A stretch of DNA of 64,000 bases from Octopus vulgaris (GCA_951406725.2 OX597818.1:55242001-55306000), one strand, 5' to 3'. Shown: positions 32,325 through 45,648, counted from the first letter of the stretch. Notes: generated from the letters alone by a model not told the origin. Made by a program: numbers and translations.

Positions 32325-33010
32325 TATATATGTGTGTGTATTCCTTTTTCTTTCGTTTGTCCACTCGTGTATGTATGTATGTATGTGTGTGTGTGTGTAT
32401 GAATTAAATAATTTTACTGAAGTATATGGTGATTATATACAAATTTATGGAACCACAAATCGTGGTCGCTCAAACTGCAAGAAACAGCAGCCAAATTTTT
32501 CTTAAATCACTGTATTCGTCTTTTTCTTTTACGAGATGATATCAAAGACTGCGTTGGACAAACAACATCGTTCGTTACCTGATTCGAGTTGGCCAGGCCT
32601 GCGCTAGAGAAAGAAACCTAGCTATTTCTTGTTTCTTACAACAGACACTTCAAAAGCAAAATTCTTTCATGGATCTTTTTACAGTAACTATTGTGAATTT
32701 CCAATTTACTATTTTGCTTCCGTGGATCCCCGGTTGAAAACCACTGTTTTGAAGTAAAGGATAAGTTAATATTTAAGCATTAATAAAGCTAAGTTGACAT
32801 ACGAATACGTAAGTGACAAAAACACGACGTTTACGAAAGATGAGAAATATTGTCTAATTGGTTTTTATATTAAGATGAAAGACGAAAAGAAAGGAATATG
32901 ACATTTGTGTTTGACTTAAAAAAAAAATATTGTTGGAAATGTTTTTTTTATTACGTAAGTATTTCGAGGTTTGGTGAACTGGAACAAAGTCATGTTTCAT
33001 TTAAATACCA

Positions 33011-33413
33011 CTAGCAGTATCGCCCGGCGTAGCTCGGGTTTGTAAGGGAAATAACTATATACGCATTTTTAGAGAGTTATAGCCAAAAAATAGCAAAAAA
33101 AATGAATTAAAAATGGGAAAAAAATTATGGTAAATTTTTTTTTAAATCGTTGACTCATCGTAGACATTTTTAGAGAGTTACTTCCCTTATATAATAGCGA
33201 AAAAAATGCATTAAAATGGAAAAAAAATATGGTAAATTTTTTTTTTTATCGTAGACTCATCGTAGACGCGCGCTAATACCCAGAAGGGCTCGATATGAAT
33301 CACGACTATAAGATACCCGGTTTTGGTTAAACTGCACCGCAAAATGTGGGAGCAGTAAGGAATCTAAATCGTAGGAGACAGACAGCACACAACTTCACTT
33401 TTATATATAAAGA
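33011..33413 (-). mobile_element. Non-autonomous Helitron
   Basis: Minus strand starts A|TC and ends CTAG|T, with a subterminal GC hairpin CCCGAGC...GCCGGG; no TSD. Confidence 0.88.
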
Positions 33414-33741
33414 TATACAAATAGTTAAAATGATTAAATTAATAATGTTTTGATTTAATTGTATTTAATGACAAGGCATGTATGTGCGGGGGGTGGGGGA
33501 TCTCGCTTTATTTTAATATTTTCTTTAGAGTAATGAAAGGTTTTTTTTTTTTTTGGAGAATTCTTACATTCCCCATATTTCAAGATTTTGAACACTTTCG
33601 CAAATCCGTTAAAATGAAAGGAAACCAGAAACCACTCCGGCTAAATTCTTAGAAGATCCCACATTGCTTCCGTTTCCTCTTGTTCTGAGAACTCGGAATT
33701 TACGAACCGAAGAGAATACAGTCTAACTGATAATTCAAAAG

Positions 33742-34097
33742 AAGGGATTCTCAACCGGGGTCAAATGCTTCTCGACCGGGATCCATACAACTCCTGAGGG
33801 TCCATATAAGATTTTAGGGATTCCGTTTAACAAAATTGGGGACCCACAATAATATTTTAAGGGCTGTCCAAAAAATTTTGCCTCAGATGTATGTATTGGT
33901 GTGTATTACAAGAAACAATTTAAATTTCTTTCTCTGACATTTTACGTAGTTCAACCGACACAAGTTAATGTGTAAAAGAAAAAATGGAATTTTGAAAGAA
34001 GATTCTATAAAACTATTTTTTAAATACTGAATGGCTATGGGGGCCCACCAGAATAAAGGTGTACATAGATACAAAAAAAAATGGTTTGGAACCCCTG
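33742..34097. mobile_element. hAT MITE (family of 1232-1470)
   Basis: AAGGGATTCTCAAC / GTTTGGAACCCCTG; flanks TTCAAAAG and TTCTAAAC. Confidence 0.75.
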
Positions 34098-34521
34098 TTC
34101 TAAACGATTCTGAACGTTTTCTGTCATTCGATGTGGTTTGCCAAGTGCTTATAAGATTTAAAATACCTATTCTTTTGCGTTACACACACACACACACACC
34201 ATATATGTATGTATGTATATATGTATGTATATATTGCTCGAACTGAGAAGTAGATAGACAGCCGACAACTGATGAAGGGTCGTTCTTTGTGTTACTTGTC
34301 CTGGTGAAATAAAATTTAGAAAATTACTGATTAATTTTAGAGATCTTCTTGACGTGATTATTGTAAATAATGTTCATTCAACAAAACCATTAGATCGGTA
34401 TTTGATGCTTAGTCCTAAAACGGTTCTTGTCGAGCACAATAATAATAAATAACAATAGTAGTAGTAATAATAATGATAATAAACAACAATAGTAGTAATA
34501 ATAATAATAATGATAATAATA

Positions 34522-34914
34522 ATTCTCTCTATTAAAAGCACAAGGTCTGAAATTTTGGGGAGGAGATTAAACAATTACATTGACTCGAGTTTTTCATTAC
34601 TACTTAATTTATCGATCCCGAAAGGATGAAAGGCAAAGTCGACCTCGGCGGAATTTGAACTCAGCACGTAGCGACGGGTGGAAACACCTATTTCTATACT
34701 ACCCACAAGGGGCTAAACACAGAGGGGACAAACAAGGACAGACAAACGGATTAAGTCGATTATATCGACTCCAGTGTGCAACTGGTACTTAATTTATCGA
34801 CCCCGAAAGGATGAAAGACAAAGTCGATCTCGGCGGAATTTGAACTCTGAACGTAACGGCAGACTGCTAAGCATTTCGCCCGACGTGCTAACGACTCTGC
34901 CAGCTCGCTGCCTT
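34522..34914 (-). mobile_element. SINE family B dimer
   Basis: Two core copies joined at 34688/34689. Confidence 0.85.
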
Positions 34915-35636
34915 AACAACAACAACAATAATAATAATAATGTGTGTGTGTGAAAGAGAGGTTTCCCCTTCCATTCCCTATATAAAACGTATTGAAAGCA
35001 ATATGTCAGTGACAGGGAAAGGATTAACCCTAAATTGGATTGACATTTAAACAACGGTGAATGACAGGGAGAAATATAAGGGGACTTTAAAACTGAAGGG
35101 TCCGTAGATATCAGCAGTATTTTTTATTTCATTTTATTTTATATTTTCATTACACTTAATCAAGGACCACAAAACCGAGAAGGGTAGGTGTGTATGGGGA
35201 TGTATGGTCGGTCGTCTTGTCCCCGACTTTCTCCCTATCCCCTAAACCCATTAATCCCAATACGCGGGAAGGTTAAAAGTTTTTGGTAAACTCCCCAACC
35301 CTTCTTCACATCCCCGGATTTCAGCCATTCATTGTTTACTGTTGTCATCAACTTACTTTACAAACCATGCCTTGTTTTATTGTCGTATTCTCTCTCTCCT
35401 CTTGTCTACCAAAAATGGACGACATGCGAGGCCTTCTTTGGGTCTTCTTTGTTTGGCTCCGAAATGTTTAACAACAACGGCATCGCCACCCGCCCCCTCT
35501 CCAGAGTGTTTTAACCTTCTGATTGATCTTTCATGGAAAAAATCTTTATAGAATATCCATCCAATTTTTTTATATCGTTTATTTCATACCTGGACTGAAA
35601 TTCTCTCAAACATCACCGGTTTTATATAGATATATG

Positions 35637-35996
35637 TTGCTTACCAACCACATGGTTCCGGGGGTTCAGTCCCACTACGTGGCACCTTGGGCAAGTGTCT
35701 TCTACTTATATAGCCTCGGGCCGACCAAAGCCTTGTGAGTGATTTGGTAGACGGAAACTGAAAGAAGCCCGCCGTGTATATGTATATATAGGTGTGTGTG
35801 TGTCTATGTTTGTCCCCCTAGCATTGCTTGACAACCGATGCTGGTTTGTTTATATCCCCGTAACATAGCGGTTCCGCAAAACAGACTAATAGAATAAGTA
35901 CTAGGCTTACAGAGAATAAATCCCGGGATCGATTTGCTCGACTAAAGGCGGTGCTCCAGCATGGTCGTAGTCAAATGACTGAAACAAGTAAAGAGT
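35637..35996 (+). mobile_element. SINE family A
   Basis: Match to the family; slightly 5'-truncated. Confidence 0.9.
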
Positions 35997-36189
35997 ATGT
36001 ATATGGTATATATATATATATATATATATGGAGAAAGAGAGAGAGAGATAATGGGTATATAATATGGATTCAGGGACTTGTGCGGCTATCACAGTAAGCC
36101 CTTCTTATGGACTCGGCTATCAGTCCACGCAAGCATTTACAAAGTAGTGCCTTCGTATCTAAATTAACCAGAAAATCCGACTGCTTCAT

Positions 36190-36220
<31 letters not shown>

Positions 36221-36490
36221 CACACACAGTGTTCTGCTTGGTTATAACACAGAAATGACCGACAAAAGTAGCATTAATTTTTTTTTTTTTTTCTTACCTA
36301 GTTCAGTTTTTCTCAACCCATCAATGGATCGATTGAGTAAATCTATCAATAACGAACCTCTATTAATGATTACTGCAGTAACGACCATTTTTTATGCCTT
36401 GCCTCTTGTATGTTTGTATGTATAGATGGATGAATGCATGCTTCATTAAACACGCGGCTATATTCAAGTATTATCTTCTTTTATTTCGTA

Positions 36491-36866
36491 CTAGCAGTAT
36501 CGCCCGGCGTTGCTCGGGTTTGTAAGGGAAATAACTATATAAGCATTTTTAGAGAGTTATAGCCAAAAAATAGGAAAAAATGATGGTAATTTATTTTTAA
36601 AAATCGTTGACTCATCGCAGACATTTTTAGAGAGTTACTTCCCTTACATAATAGCGGAAAAAATGCATTAAAATGGAAAAAATTATGGTAAATTATTTTT
36701 AAAATCGTAGACTCATCATAGACGCGCGCTAATACCCAGAAGGGCTCGATATGAATCACGACTATAAGATACCCGGTTTTGGTTAAACTGCACCGCAAAA
36801 TGTGGGAGTAGTTAGGAATCTAAATTGTAGGAGACAGACACACAACTTCACTTTTATATAGAAAGA
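36491..36866 (-). mobile_element. Non-autonomous Helitron (near-identical to 33011-33413)
   Basis: Same TC/CTAG termini, A|T insertion site and hairpin CCCGAGCAACGCCGGG. Confidence 0.88.
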
Positions 36867-37247
36867 TTTATTATATTTTTTCTGATTAGATTTTACAGTT
36901 GGTTTGGAAGAAGTCGAGTTTCTAAATCTGCATCCAATATTCTCAGGTTTTCATTTCTCTCATTATCAAGAACTGAATTTAATATATTTAGCATTTGTGT
37001 TGTTTATTAATTATATTCTAATTATATGCAATATTGGTATATATTTAAGATAACACGTAGATACAGGAGTCGAGGAAGAAGAGCCAAAATAACACAGAGA
37101 TTACGTAAGTTGAAATAACAGATGCGTAGGTCAAGGAAGAGCCCAGGTTTTAAAAATTGATTACAAAGACTAAAATTTGTGTGTGTGTGTGCGCGCAGCT
37201 GGCACTTCTTAGCTGGTTGTTCGAACATCAACGTTACCGATCATCAG

Positions 37248-37309
<62 letters not shown>

Positions 37310-37439
37310 TATCATATCATATCATATCATATCATATCAAAGGGAAATGGAGATTAATTAAAATTTACATTTCCAGTGGTCTAACGTGTAAAAATTTAGT
37401 CCAAAAGATTAAATATTAGTATATTTAGACACATGAAGA

Positions 37440-37626
37440 ATCCACTCATAGGAATTCAACACGCTAGAAAGAACAGCTAGGTTCTATAACCACAAAAATT
37501 AGGGATAAAATTCGACAGGAACGAAATGAAAAATAAAAACATTTTACCATCTAGTTTCCGGAACCAATTTTTGTGGTTATAGAACCTAACTGTTCTTTCT
37601 AGCGTGTTGAATTCCTATGAGTGGAT
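37440..37626. repeat. 61-bp inverted repeat element next to (TA)n
   Basis: 37440-37500 vs 37566-37626, 1 mismatch. Confidence 0.85.
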
Positions 37627-38029
37627 ATATATATATATAATATTCTCAATTCCTTAACTCTTGTGTTATTATTAGCATACCCGGCGACCGGGTGAAATAT
37701 AAAACGAGTTTATCCGTACTTCGATACGAAAAATCCACAACCTTTCGTCTCGATAAGCCACAACTGTCCCTGAAAGTTGTTTTTTATATTTACTACGAGT
37801 TGCTTGAAGCTAACTGTCTTCCTACACTTCGATCCTTGGATCTTATGTATATGATATAATATATATTATAAATGAGGAAGGTCGGTTTATGGGATTACCT
37901 TATGCTTCCCGTCCATAAAAGGGTTTAAGCTTTATGGCGTATCGTCAGATCCCAAAACTTGTTGGCCCATTTTTTATGTATACTGTTCTATATCTTAGAG
38001 TGTGCTTCTTTCGGATTTACGGTTTTTAT

Positions 38030-38060
<31 letters not shown>

Positions 38061-38166
38061 GACAAGAGATGATTTTTGCCTCTTTTTATGGAGACGAAAG
38101 AGTTTATAAGACTGCAAAAAAAGAAGTGCTCAAATGTTATTGAGACAGAGATTAAAAAAAAAAAAG

Positions 38167-39098
38167 CATTGATCAGATAACAAACATCAGATTCGAGTCA
38201 ACGACTTTGTACATAACACCACACCTTCAAACATTTGATCATATATAAATATTACCATGACTCGAATACATATATAAAAAAACACATTAGGTAAAAAATA
38301 TATATGTGCAAATAAAAATACAGATATATTGAACGGCCTATCAAGAAGGTATGTACAATCGACTAAAAAGATTTTTCTTACTCTCCTCAAACAAAAAAAG
38401 ATATGTCAGAAAAGTTCATTTCATAAAAACCATGGTAGGTTGGAGTCCAGGAAGGCGTCGAGCTGGCAGACACGTTAGCGCGCCGGGCGAAATGCGTAGC
38501 TGTATTTCGACTGCCGCTACGTTCCGAGTTCAAATTCCGCCGAGGTCGACTTTGCCTTTCATCCTTTCGGGGTCGATTAAATAAGTACCAGTTACGCACT
38601 GGGGTCGATGTAATCGACTTAATCCGTTTGTCTGTCCTTGTTCGTCCTCTCTGTGTTTAGCCCCTTGTGGGCAATAAAGAAATAGGTTGGAGTCCAGGAG
38701 CGTAAAAGAGTTCCACAAAACCAAGTCCAACACACCTATGGCCATTTCGGGAGTTCATTGCCGCGGTTCGACTTGATTTTCTGGAACTCTTTTACGTAAG
38801 AAAATGAACTTTTTTGACGGGAGTAAGAAAAATCTTTTTTAGTCAATTGATTTTTTATTTTATTTAGATTTTTATTCGCCTGACACACTTTAGATTTTTT
38901 AGTCGATTGTATATACCTTCTTGATAAGCCGTTCTATATATCTGTATTTATATTTGCTACCTTCTGTATTTTTTTTTAAATATATGTATACTTTATATTA
39001 AGAGTCGTGGTAATACTTATATATGATCAAATGTTTGGTGACGTGGTGTTGTGTATAAAGTCGTTGACTCGAATTTGATGTTTGTTCTATGATCAATG
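38167..39098. mobile_element. Long-TIR foldback element interrupted by a SINE
   Basis: Termini CATTGATCA / TGATCAATG; arms are imperfect reverse complements over more than 200 bp; inner inverted repeat CGTAAAAGAGTTCCA / TGGAACTCTTTTACG. Confidence 0.75.
38453..38682 (+). mobile_element. SINE family B monomer with 17-bp TSD
   Basis: TAGGTTGGAGTCCAGGA at 38436-38452 and 38683-38699. Confidence 0.95.
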
Positions 39099-39149
<51 letters not shown>

Positions 39150-39165
39150 GATGTCAGATAAATTC

Positions 39166-39242
<77 letters not shown>

Positions 39243-39413
39243 TATACATATATTCTATTTGGCACTCCATCTTCATGTGCCTGAAAAGCAAAAGTTCTTG
39301 AAGATTGGAAGTGTAGAAAACGGCACTATAAAAATGTCTTTGGTATCAATGAAATGCATAATATTGGAAAGGACTGAAAATAAATGGGGGAAAAATCTAA
39401 CTTATCTGACAAC

Positions 39414-39527
<114 letters not shown>

Positions 39528-39651
39528 CATGCTTGTTTGTATGTGCATATACTCAAACTTACACACGCTTTTATCTTAACTCATTACTATTGCAGCATCT
39601 TATTTCTTAGGTTTTTCGCTTGTTTTACGGTTTATATATATATATATATAA

Positions 39652-40128
39652 ACTTAGATAAAACTTAGATATGTTTCGACCAGAGATTGGTCCAGGCCAT
39701 GTCTAACTTAATAGCACCACCTGATAGGATTATTCGAATCCTGTTTAAGTCAAGTTTTGTTCAAGTAGTGAGTTCTTGTTGGGTGAGTTGTATCCAGTTT
39801 TGTTCAAGTAGTGAGTTCTTGTTGGGTGAGTTGTATCCAATTATGGGTGGCTTGTCTGGTATTCTTTGAAGGAATCTATCCAGACTCTGTTTGAAGTTGA
39901 TGGGATCCTTTTCCTCTTTGATCTCCCTCGGGACAATGTTAAATAGGGCAGGGCCTGTTGAGGAAAAGAAATTATGTTGCAGTGTACATGTATGTTGTGA
40001 TCTTGAATTTGGCAGGGGACGTATAGCCCGTGGTCCAAGTCTCGGATGAACCTTGAAGCTAATGTTTAGGTCGTTTGGGCAAAGTTGGCGGTATATTTTC
40101 CACATCGTACAAATGATGTACCGCTCAC
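39652..40128 (-). mobile_element. 3' end of a CR1-type LINE (ORF2 C-terminus and 3' UTR)
   Basis: ERYIICTMWKI...FSSTGPALFNIVPREIK...FKQSLDRFLQRIPDKP is typical of CR1-like ORF2 ends; terminal (ATCTAAGTTT) repeat; 43-bp tandem duplication at 39753-39838. Confidence 0.8.
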
Positions 40129-40162
<34 letters not shown>

Positions 40163-40314
40163 ATAATTCATAAATGAGAGCAAAGGAAAAAATTTATAAT
40201 GTCAAATATGCCGAAAAATTGGACATATTGTCCATTAACCATATAATTTTTTCACAATACAAACGCTACTCGAAAAAGGTCGACAGAAATTTCTAAAAAA
40301 TTCCATTATTACCA

Positions 40315-40367
40315 TATCGGACCGATTTCAGAGTTAGCTACTAAGAGCCCTCTCTTCATCAGTGATA
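40315..40367 (-). ncRNA. Hammerhead ribozyme motif, intact core
   Basis: tatca-CTGATGA-agag(agggctcttagtagctaa)ctct-GAAA-tcg-GTC-cgata; one mismatch in stem I. Confidence 0.75.
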
Positions 40368-40497
40368 CATGTGGCAGAAGAAATAAATGAGATACTTACT
40401 CATACCCATGGAAGAAGCAAACACTAAGTCATGAGCACAACTAATGCTGGCCATTGATGAAATTTTTTTTTCGAGAAAATAATTTTATCCTCACATT

Positions 40498-40560
<63 letters not shown>

Positions 40561-40875
40561 ACCTGACTTTCTCTCCTCCGTTTCCGAGGCGAGGGCTAGC
40601 CCTTCATTACCCTTCTCGCAGCGAAAGTTAGCCGAGCAGAAGGAAGAATCGATCCGTCTACATATATACATGACGGGTCTGTTGTTTATCGATATCGGAA
40701 AAAGTGAAAATGCAAAGTTTTGATTTCGACGTAATTTGAACCTAGAGCGTAGAGATTAGGAACATATTGGAGAATGCATTGAACCCGATATTCTACTGGT
40801 TCTATCGATTTGTCGCCCATGTATGTATGTATGAGTGTGTGTGTGTGTGTATGTAAACTGAAATCGAGAGTTTAA

Positions 40876-40916
40876 TTTGCGACTCTAGTTTCACGCCACC
40901 GCGATCTTCAGGCGAA
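40876..40916 (-). ncRNA. Hammerhead ribozyme motif, intact core, fused to an inverted copy of its 3' half
   Basis: ttcgc-CTGAAGA-t-cgc(ggtg)gcg-t-GAAA-ctaga-GTC-gcaaa; plus-strand copy GTGAAACTCGAGTCGCGA starts at 40917. Confidence 0.75.
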
Positions 40917-41049
40917 GTGAAACTCGAGTCGCGAGATAAACTCTGAGCTCCGATTTCAACTTGAAAAAACAAAAAAAACAAACAAAATATATCCTCTACA
41001 TCATGTATTGAGCACTCCCTTCTCATACACTCGACATAAATTAACGTAT

Positions 41050-41083
<34 letters not shown>

Positions 41084-41401
41084 TACATCGAAGATTTCAA
41101 CACGATCATGTGGACGTGGTTATTCCTGTAACATCTTAATGTAGGATTGGATCTCATCAGTTTCTCTCCCCACCTTCCTCTGTGTGTGTGTGTGTGTACA
41201 GCTGTGTCTTCTTGGCGAGCTGCATTTGCAGCTGTGATCTTTACATGGGAGACATTCAACGAGTAACTTAACACAAAGATGGTTATTGTTCCCCAGAAAC
41301 TGGTTATTAGGTTTCAAGTTCGACTCTGATATCGTCTTTTATATCTATGTTTGCGCGAAGGAGGGTTATACTGGGAGAAATGCACACACAGCACCGTAAT
41401 T

Positions 41402-41442
<41 letters not shown>

Positions 41443-41493
41443 CATAAATAGTTTTGGTGGAACTAATTGAATACAACTTGATACTTGCATATA

Positions 41494-41610
41494 CAGTAAA
41501 TCCCTCGAATATCGCGGTGTTGTGTTCAAACCCTGCCCCCACCACTCGCGATAGGTGAAAATCCGCAAAGTAGAAACAACACTGTACTGTGCATTTTTTT
41601 AATAATTTGT
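41494..41610 (+). mobile_element. Tigger-like transposon end
   Basis: TA|CAGTAAATCCCTCGAATATCGCGG...CGCGATAGGTGAAAATCCGC. Confidence 0.6.
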
Positions 41611-41618
41611 ATATATTG

Positions 41619-41838
41619 TTTTATTTGTTTCGGTCGCTTGACTGCGGCCATGCTAGAGCACTGCTTTTATTCGAGCAAATCGACCCTAGGACTTATTCTT
41701 TGTAAGCCTAGTACTTATTCTATAGGTCTGTTTTGCCGAACTGCTAAGTTACGGGGACGTATTCACACCAGCATCGGTTGTCAAGCGATGTTGGGTGGGG
41801 GGGGGACAAACACAGACACACAAACATATACACACACA

Positions 41839-41884
<46 letters not shown>

Positions 41885-42031
41885 CACGACGGGCTTCTTT
41901 CAGTTTTCGTCTACCAAATCCACTCACAATGCTTTGGTTGGCCCGAGGCTATAGTAGAAGACAACTTGCCCAAGGTGCCACGCAGTGGGACTGAACCCGG
42001 AACCATGTAGTTCATAAGCAAGCTACTTACC
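41619..42031 (-). mobile_element. SINE family A
   Basis: Reverse-complement match. Confidence 0.92.
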
Positions 42032-43009
42032 GAGTACGCAAAGCGTTATATATATATAGTCTTCAAGCTGAAAGAGAGAAAACAAAGAGCGTTCCTTCCT
42101 TCTAGTTCAGTTGAGATTGCGTAGTCCGTTCCCTTTGGCAATAGAACTCTCAAAGACCAATTCTACTGTACTGAGCGAAGATTTGTTGGGGGGTGGTGGC
42201 TGCGAAGATTAATTTCACTATTGAAGAATCTTCTTCCTTAGTTTCTATTCATAAATTACTTATCTATCTATCTATTTATTTATTTTATCATCCAGCGAGT
42301 TATAGCGATAAACGTGTTAAAAATGTTCTCTCTTATTTCTCACGGTATATCTTGTTTTTTCTGCGCGTATTAAAACTGAAAAAACGTTCTTCGTGTCTTC
42401 ATGTCATCTTAAGTTCTTCCTCCAGCAACCACCGCCGCCGCCGCCGCTGCCGCTACCACCATCATCATCACGAGCCTCCTAATTTTTATTTCGTCACCTC
42501 ATCCCCGTTTCACCACCACCACCACCACCACCACTACTACCCTTTCCAACCTATCTATTTCTATTATATAATATGTGCATTGTGCATTCATTTGTTATAC
42601 TCCACCACATGCATACGCACACGCCTTCGTGTGTGTGTGTGTGTGTGTGCTACATAACCAACAACACCCAGTAATGTCGGTCCTTGCAGTATTTATTGTA
42701 AATCCACAATAATAGGGGTCTACTCCCAGCATTGACTGCTTCCTTTCTATGTTGTTTATATATAAAGATATAAATACTTATATAATCTATATGATATATA
42801 TTAATTGGTTTTGGGATTTGGTTTGCGAGATTCTTTATATGAGTTCGTGTGTTGAAGCATGTTTTGTAGTGTGTGGAGAGAGAGCCAGTCTCTTTTCGTG
42901 CCTTACTAACACACACACACCGGTAAACTTTCCACTCATTTATTTTTCTAAAATTTTCGTTGCGTTTTGCAACCTTTTCAATATATGTATATATTTTCTC
43001 TCCTTGTTC

Positions 43010-43045
43010 CTTTCTGTGGAAGAGCGTAGGCTCGAAACGTTAAAG
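43010..43045 (+). ncRNA. Minimal hammerhead-like motif, variant core CTGTGGA
   Basis: cttt-CTGTGGA-a-gagc(gtag)gctc-GAAA-cGTT-aaag; perfect stems I and II, palindromic AACGTT. Confidence 0.65.
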
Positions 43046-43058
43046 ACTTTTTGTTCCA

Positions 43059-43098
<40 letters not shown>

Positions 43099-43100
<2 letters not shown>

Positions 43101-43528
43101 GGCGATGAGCTGGCAGAACCGTTAGCACGCCGGGCGAAATGCTTAGCTGTATTTTGTCAGTCTTTACGTTCTGAGTTCAAATTCTGCTGAGGTCGACTTT
43201 GTCTTTCGTCCTTCGGGGTCGATAAGAAAAGTACTAGTTAAAAGCTGGGGTCGATGTAATTCGACTCAACCCCTCCCCAAAATAGCTGCCCTTGTGGCAA
43301 AATTTGAAACCATTATTATAAGGCGGCAAGTTGGCAGAATCGTTAGCACTCTGGACGAAATGCTTTGCGGCATTTCGCCCGTCGCTTATTTCCGAGTTCA
43401 AATTCTGTCGAGGTCCACTTTGCCCTTCGTAGTCAATAAATTAAGTAACAGTGAAACACTGGGGTCCATGTAATAATCGTCTAGTCCCCTCCCCACAAAT
43501 TCGAGGCCTTGTGCCTCCAGTAGAAAAG

Positions 43529-43530
<2 letters not shown>
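43099..43530 (+). mobile_element. Two tandem SINE B copies between (TTA)n tracts
   Basis: Heads at 43099 and 43320. Confidence 0.88.
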
Positions 43531-43562
<32 letters not shown>

Positions 43563-44569
43563 GTAAGCTTGTTAACTATTTGACCCAGGGGTCTTATATT
43601 ATTGACCACTTCATAGAATTATTAATATCGCATCGATCCTATCGTGTGAATTTCTAACACAAAATTAAAAAGTGTAATTATTAAGAAATAAAGAAGTTTG
43701 ATTTAAAAACAATTATTACCTTCCTTTTTTTTTGTGTCGTTACTGCTTTTTAATGAGAAATATTTTTTTAAAAATTCATTTTGAAAAATGCGTAACGAAA
43801 TTGGTAAAGAACAGTGAAAATTCAGTGCTATAATATTGATATAATCGGAATATTTAATGTAAAACGTGTGTTTTGATGAATTTTAGTTATTGCATCGATA
43901 TTTCACCAGAAATTTTTTAAAAAATTTTAAGCCATAAATAATAATCGCGCTTTTTCAGATTCATTTCGCTGATAATTCAGCCCCTATTAAACGTTCAGAA
44001 TCGTTGCAACGCAAAGGGCCATTTTTCCAAAGGTTCAGTGTTGTCCACTTTACTGACTCCCTGATTTAACCAATTAATTTATCGATGGTCTGATTAATTA
44101 TTTTATTAATCAATCAGCTAGCCTGCTTCGTCAGAGCTCTTCTGTTGCCTTTTGTGTCCCCATCAATGGCATTTCTTCTCTGATCCACGTCTGCAGACAA
44201 AATCTGTTTCGCAAGACGTGATTTCACTTAGAAAATCTTGCAAACCGAATACGAAAGCAAAAATCTTCGACATTTTCTATCCAAAAAGGATTTTTTAAAA
44301 CCTAATACTAGCACGTTTTCATTTATAGCTTTATGAAACCGCTAAAAGCGAATTACTTTAAGAGATATATTTATCAAATTAAATCTTTATTGAAAGTATA
44401 TAAATGCCATTTTTGTTTTTATTTCAAATCTATTTTCGTGAAATCATAACACGAAAGAAACGGTCATATCAAAGGAAATTAGAGAAGAGAAAAGAACAAA
44501 AAGATTTGAAAAGAAAACAGATATTTGGTTGGCATAAAATATCGCATTCTTGGCAATAATAATAATTGT

Positions 44570-45245
44570 TTTTAACTTAGGCACAGGGCCAGTAATTTTG
44601 AGTGGGAGTTAGGGTTGCTGGATGCCATCGACTCACGGTACTTGACGCTTGGTTGTAGTAGTAGTAATAATAATGATCCTTTCTACTGGAGGCACACGAC
44701 CTCAAATTTGTGGGGAGGGGACTAATCGATTACATCGACCCTAGTGTTTCACTGGTACTTAATTTATAGATCCGGAAAGGATGAAAGGCAAAGTCGACCT
44801 CGGCGGAATTTGAACTCAGAACGTAATGGCAGACGAAATACCTATTTCTTTAGTACCCACAAGGGGCTAAACACAGAGGGAACAAACAAGGACAGACAAA
44901 CGGATTAAGTCGATTATATCGACCCCAGTGCGTAACTGGTACTTATTTAATCGACCCTGAAAGGATGAAAGGCTAAGTTGACCTTGGCGGAATTTGAACT
45001 CAGAACGTAACGAACAGCAGATGAATTACCGTTAAGCATTTCGCCCAGCGTGCTAACGTTTCTGCTAACTTACCATCTTCAATAATGATTTCAAATTTTT
45101 GCTCAATGTCACTAATTTCGAACCGAGAATTCAACTGATACTTTATTTTATCGACTCCGGAAGGATTGACAGGCAAAGTCAATCGACTTCGGCGAAATTC
45201 GAACTCTGTACGAACGTAAAAGAGCTAGAGTAGACACCGAAGCTC
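44570..45245 (-). mobile_element. SINE B cluster including a dimer (44676-45079)
   Basis: Repeated core; junction at 44842/44843. Confidence 0.88.
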
Positions 45246-45262
45246 TAAAGGGGCAACTGAGT

Positions 45263-45648
45263 GGAGGCGCAATGGCCCAGTGGTTAGGGCAGCGGACTCG
45301 GGGTCGTAGGATCGCGGTTTCGATTCCCAGACCGGGCGTTGTGAGTGTTTATTGAGCGAAAACACCTAAAAGCTCCACGAGGCTCCGGCAGTGGATGGTG
45401 GTGATCCCTGCTGTACTCTTTCACCACAACTTTCTCTCACTCTTTCTTCCTGTTTCTGTTGTACCTGTATTTCAAAGGGCCGGCCTTGTCACTCTCTGTG
45501 TCACGCTGAATATCCCCGAGAACTACGTTGAGGAGGGTACACGTGTCTGTGGAGTGCTCAGCCACTTACACGTTAATTTCACGAGCAGGCTGTTCCGTTG
45601 GTCGGATCAACCGGAACCCTCATCGTCGTAACCGACGGAGTGCTTCCA
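45263..45648 (+). mobile_element. SINE family C (tRNA-Arg-like head), full length with TSD
   Basis: A box TGGCCCAGTGG, anticodon-like TCG, B box GTTTCGATTCC; 14-bp TSD TAAAGG(G/A)GCAACTG at 45246-45259 and 45649-45662. Resembles octopus OR-type SINEs (from recall, not verified). Confidence 0.88.

Noticed and set aside
34260-34312. CTGATGA...GAAA as a hammerhead
   Set aside because: No convincing stem I or III pairing and no cleavage triplet; at most a truncated remnant.
37200-37250. Minus-strand CTGATGA with a hairpin
   Set aside because: The GAAA element is missing; too degenerate to call.
37670-37700. A fourth Helitron 3' end (TTAGCATACCCGGCGACCGGG)
   Set aside because: A hairpin is present, but CTAG is imperfect and no matching 5' end was found.
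45263-45336. tRNA-Arg gene
   Set aside because: The cloverleaf is imperfect, the sequence continues into a 310-bp body, and a TSD flanks it, so it is a SINE head.
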